A stretch of DNA of 64,000 nucleotides from Octopus sinensis (taxonomy: Eukaryota): the NCBI RefSeq assembly GCF_006345805.1, contig NW_021832828.1, positions 62,001 through 126,000 of the forward strand, read 5' to 3'. The first letter of the stretch is position 1, and the number at the start of each line of letters is the position of its first letter. The notes below the pieces were generated by a model. The model did not search any database. It saw nothing but the letters and a program-made list of their open reading frames with translations, and was not told the DNA's origin. Below, piece by piece: positions 63,326-64,000 of the stretch. Position numbers and translations under genes: made by a program.

Positions 63326-64000
63326 GAGTATACCACACACACACACAGTTGCAGACATGACCATGTTGTTATAAGTTTGTTTCCCATCCACATGACTTCA
63401 GGTTCAGTCTCACTATGTGGCACCTTGGTCAAGTGTCTTCTTTATTCCTGGATTGACCAAATCCTTGTAAGTGAATTTGATAGAAAGAAACTGAAAGCAC
63501 ATCGTATATTTTTTTGAAGCTCATCATATATATTTCGATGCATATTTGTGTGTATCTTTGCATTTCCAACATCATCTTGTGTTTGCTTATTAATTGTAAA
63601 CAATGGCCTTGCTAACTGTGTCATTTGTTTGCTGTAGGCTGTGAAAACGTGCGGGTTTCTTGACATGTTGCATGATTTTTCTAAACAGAAGGTTCATCCA
63701 CACAGTTTCATGTTTCCAGTTCGCCATGTTGGCACATCTGGGTTGATAGCTGTTCAGTAAACTGGGAGATTATTACCCTACTAATGAGGTCACCTTGTAA
63801 CTTACAATGAGCCCCTGTGAAGGAGATGGAGTGGATGATTTAAGCAAGGTGTTTAGAGGTTCAAATATGATGGCAGGGAGTAAGAACATGCTTATTGTTT
63901 GTGGAGAAGATTCATGGTTACTTTTGTATTTTACATGGGTGGATGGGGAAGATTGGAAGGGGGCTAATTTTTATCAATAATATTGTTTTCTGTTATCACA

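Overview
AT-rich, repeat-dense animal DNA. The SINE/LINE repertoire suggests a coleoid cephalopod (Octopus-like), which is an inference. The only host protein-coding gene I can support is GET4 (+ strand): coding exon 1 at 24049-24152 and exon 2 at 57253-57331, separated by a 33-kb intron; later exons lie beyond the window. An ETS-rich housekeeping-type promoter sits at about 7.1 kb. The rest is mostly mobile DNA: RTE, Tx1/L1 and CR1-type LINE pieces, Helitrons, Tc1/mariner remnants, hAT, piggyBac and foldback MITEs, and tRNA-derived SINEs. Nearly all ORF-track entries outside TE remnants are spurious. The main discovery is a set of hammerhead-ribozyme elements in the GET4 intron. (1) A young tandem array of about 5.3 x 491 bp at 32367-34973 carries, in each unit on the minus strand, a type I hammerhead with an enlarged stem II and an A10.1-C11.1 mismatch; this looks like a retrozyme that would yield circular RNA. 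(2) Two diverged elements at about 37.7 kb and 41.8 kb share a covarying fold that looks like a non-circularly permuted hammerhead. (3) Two Penelope-type minimal hammerheads lie at 27.65 kb and 41.4 kb. All RNA structures were paired by eye, and activity is untested.
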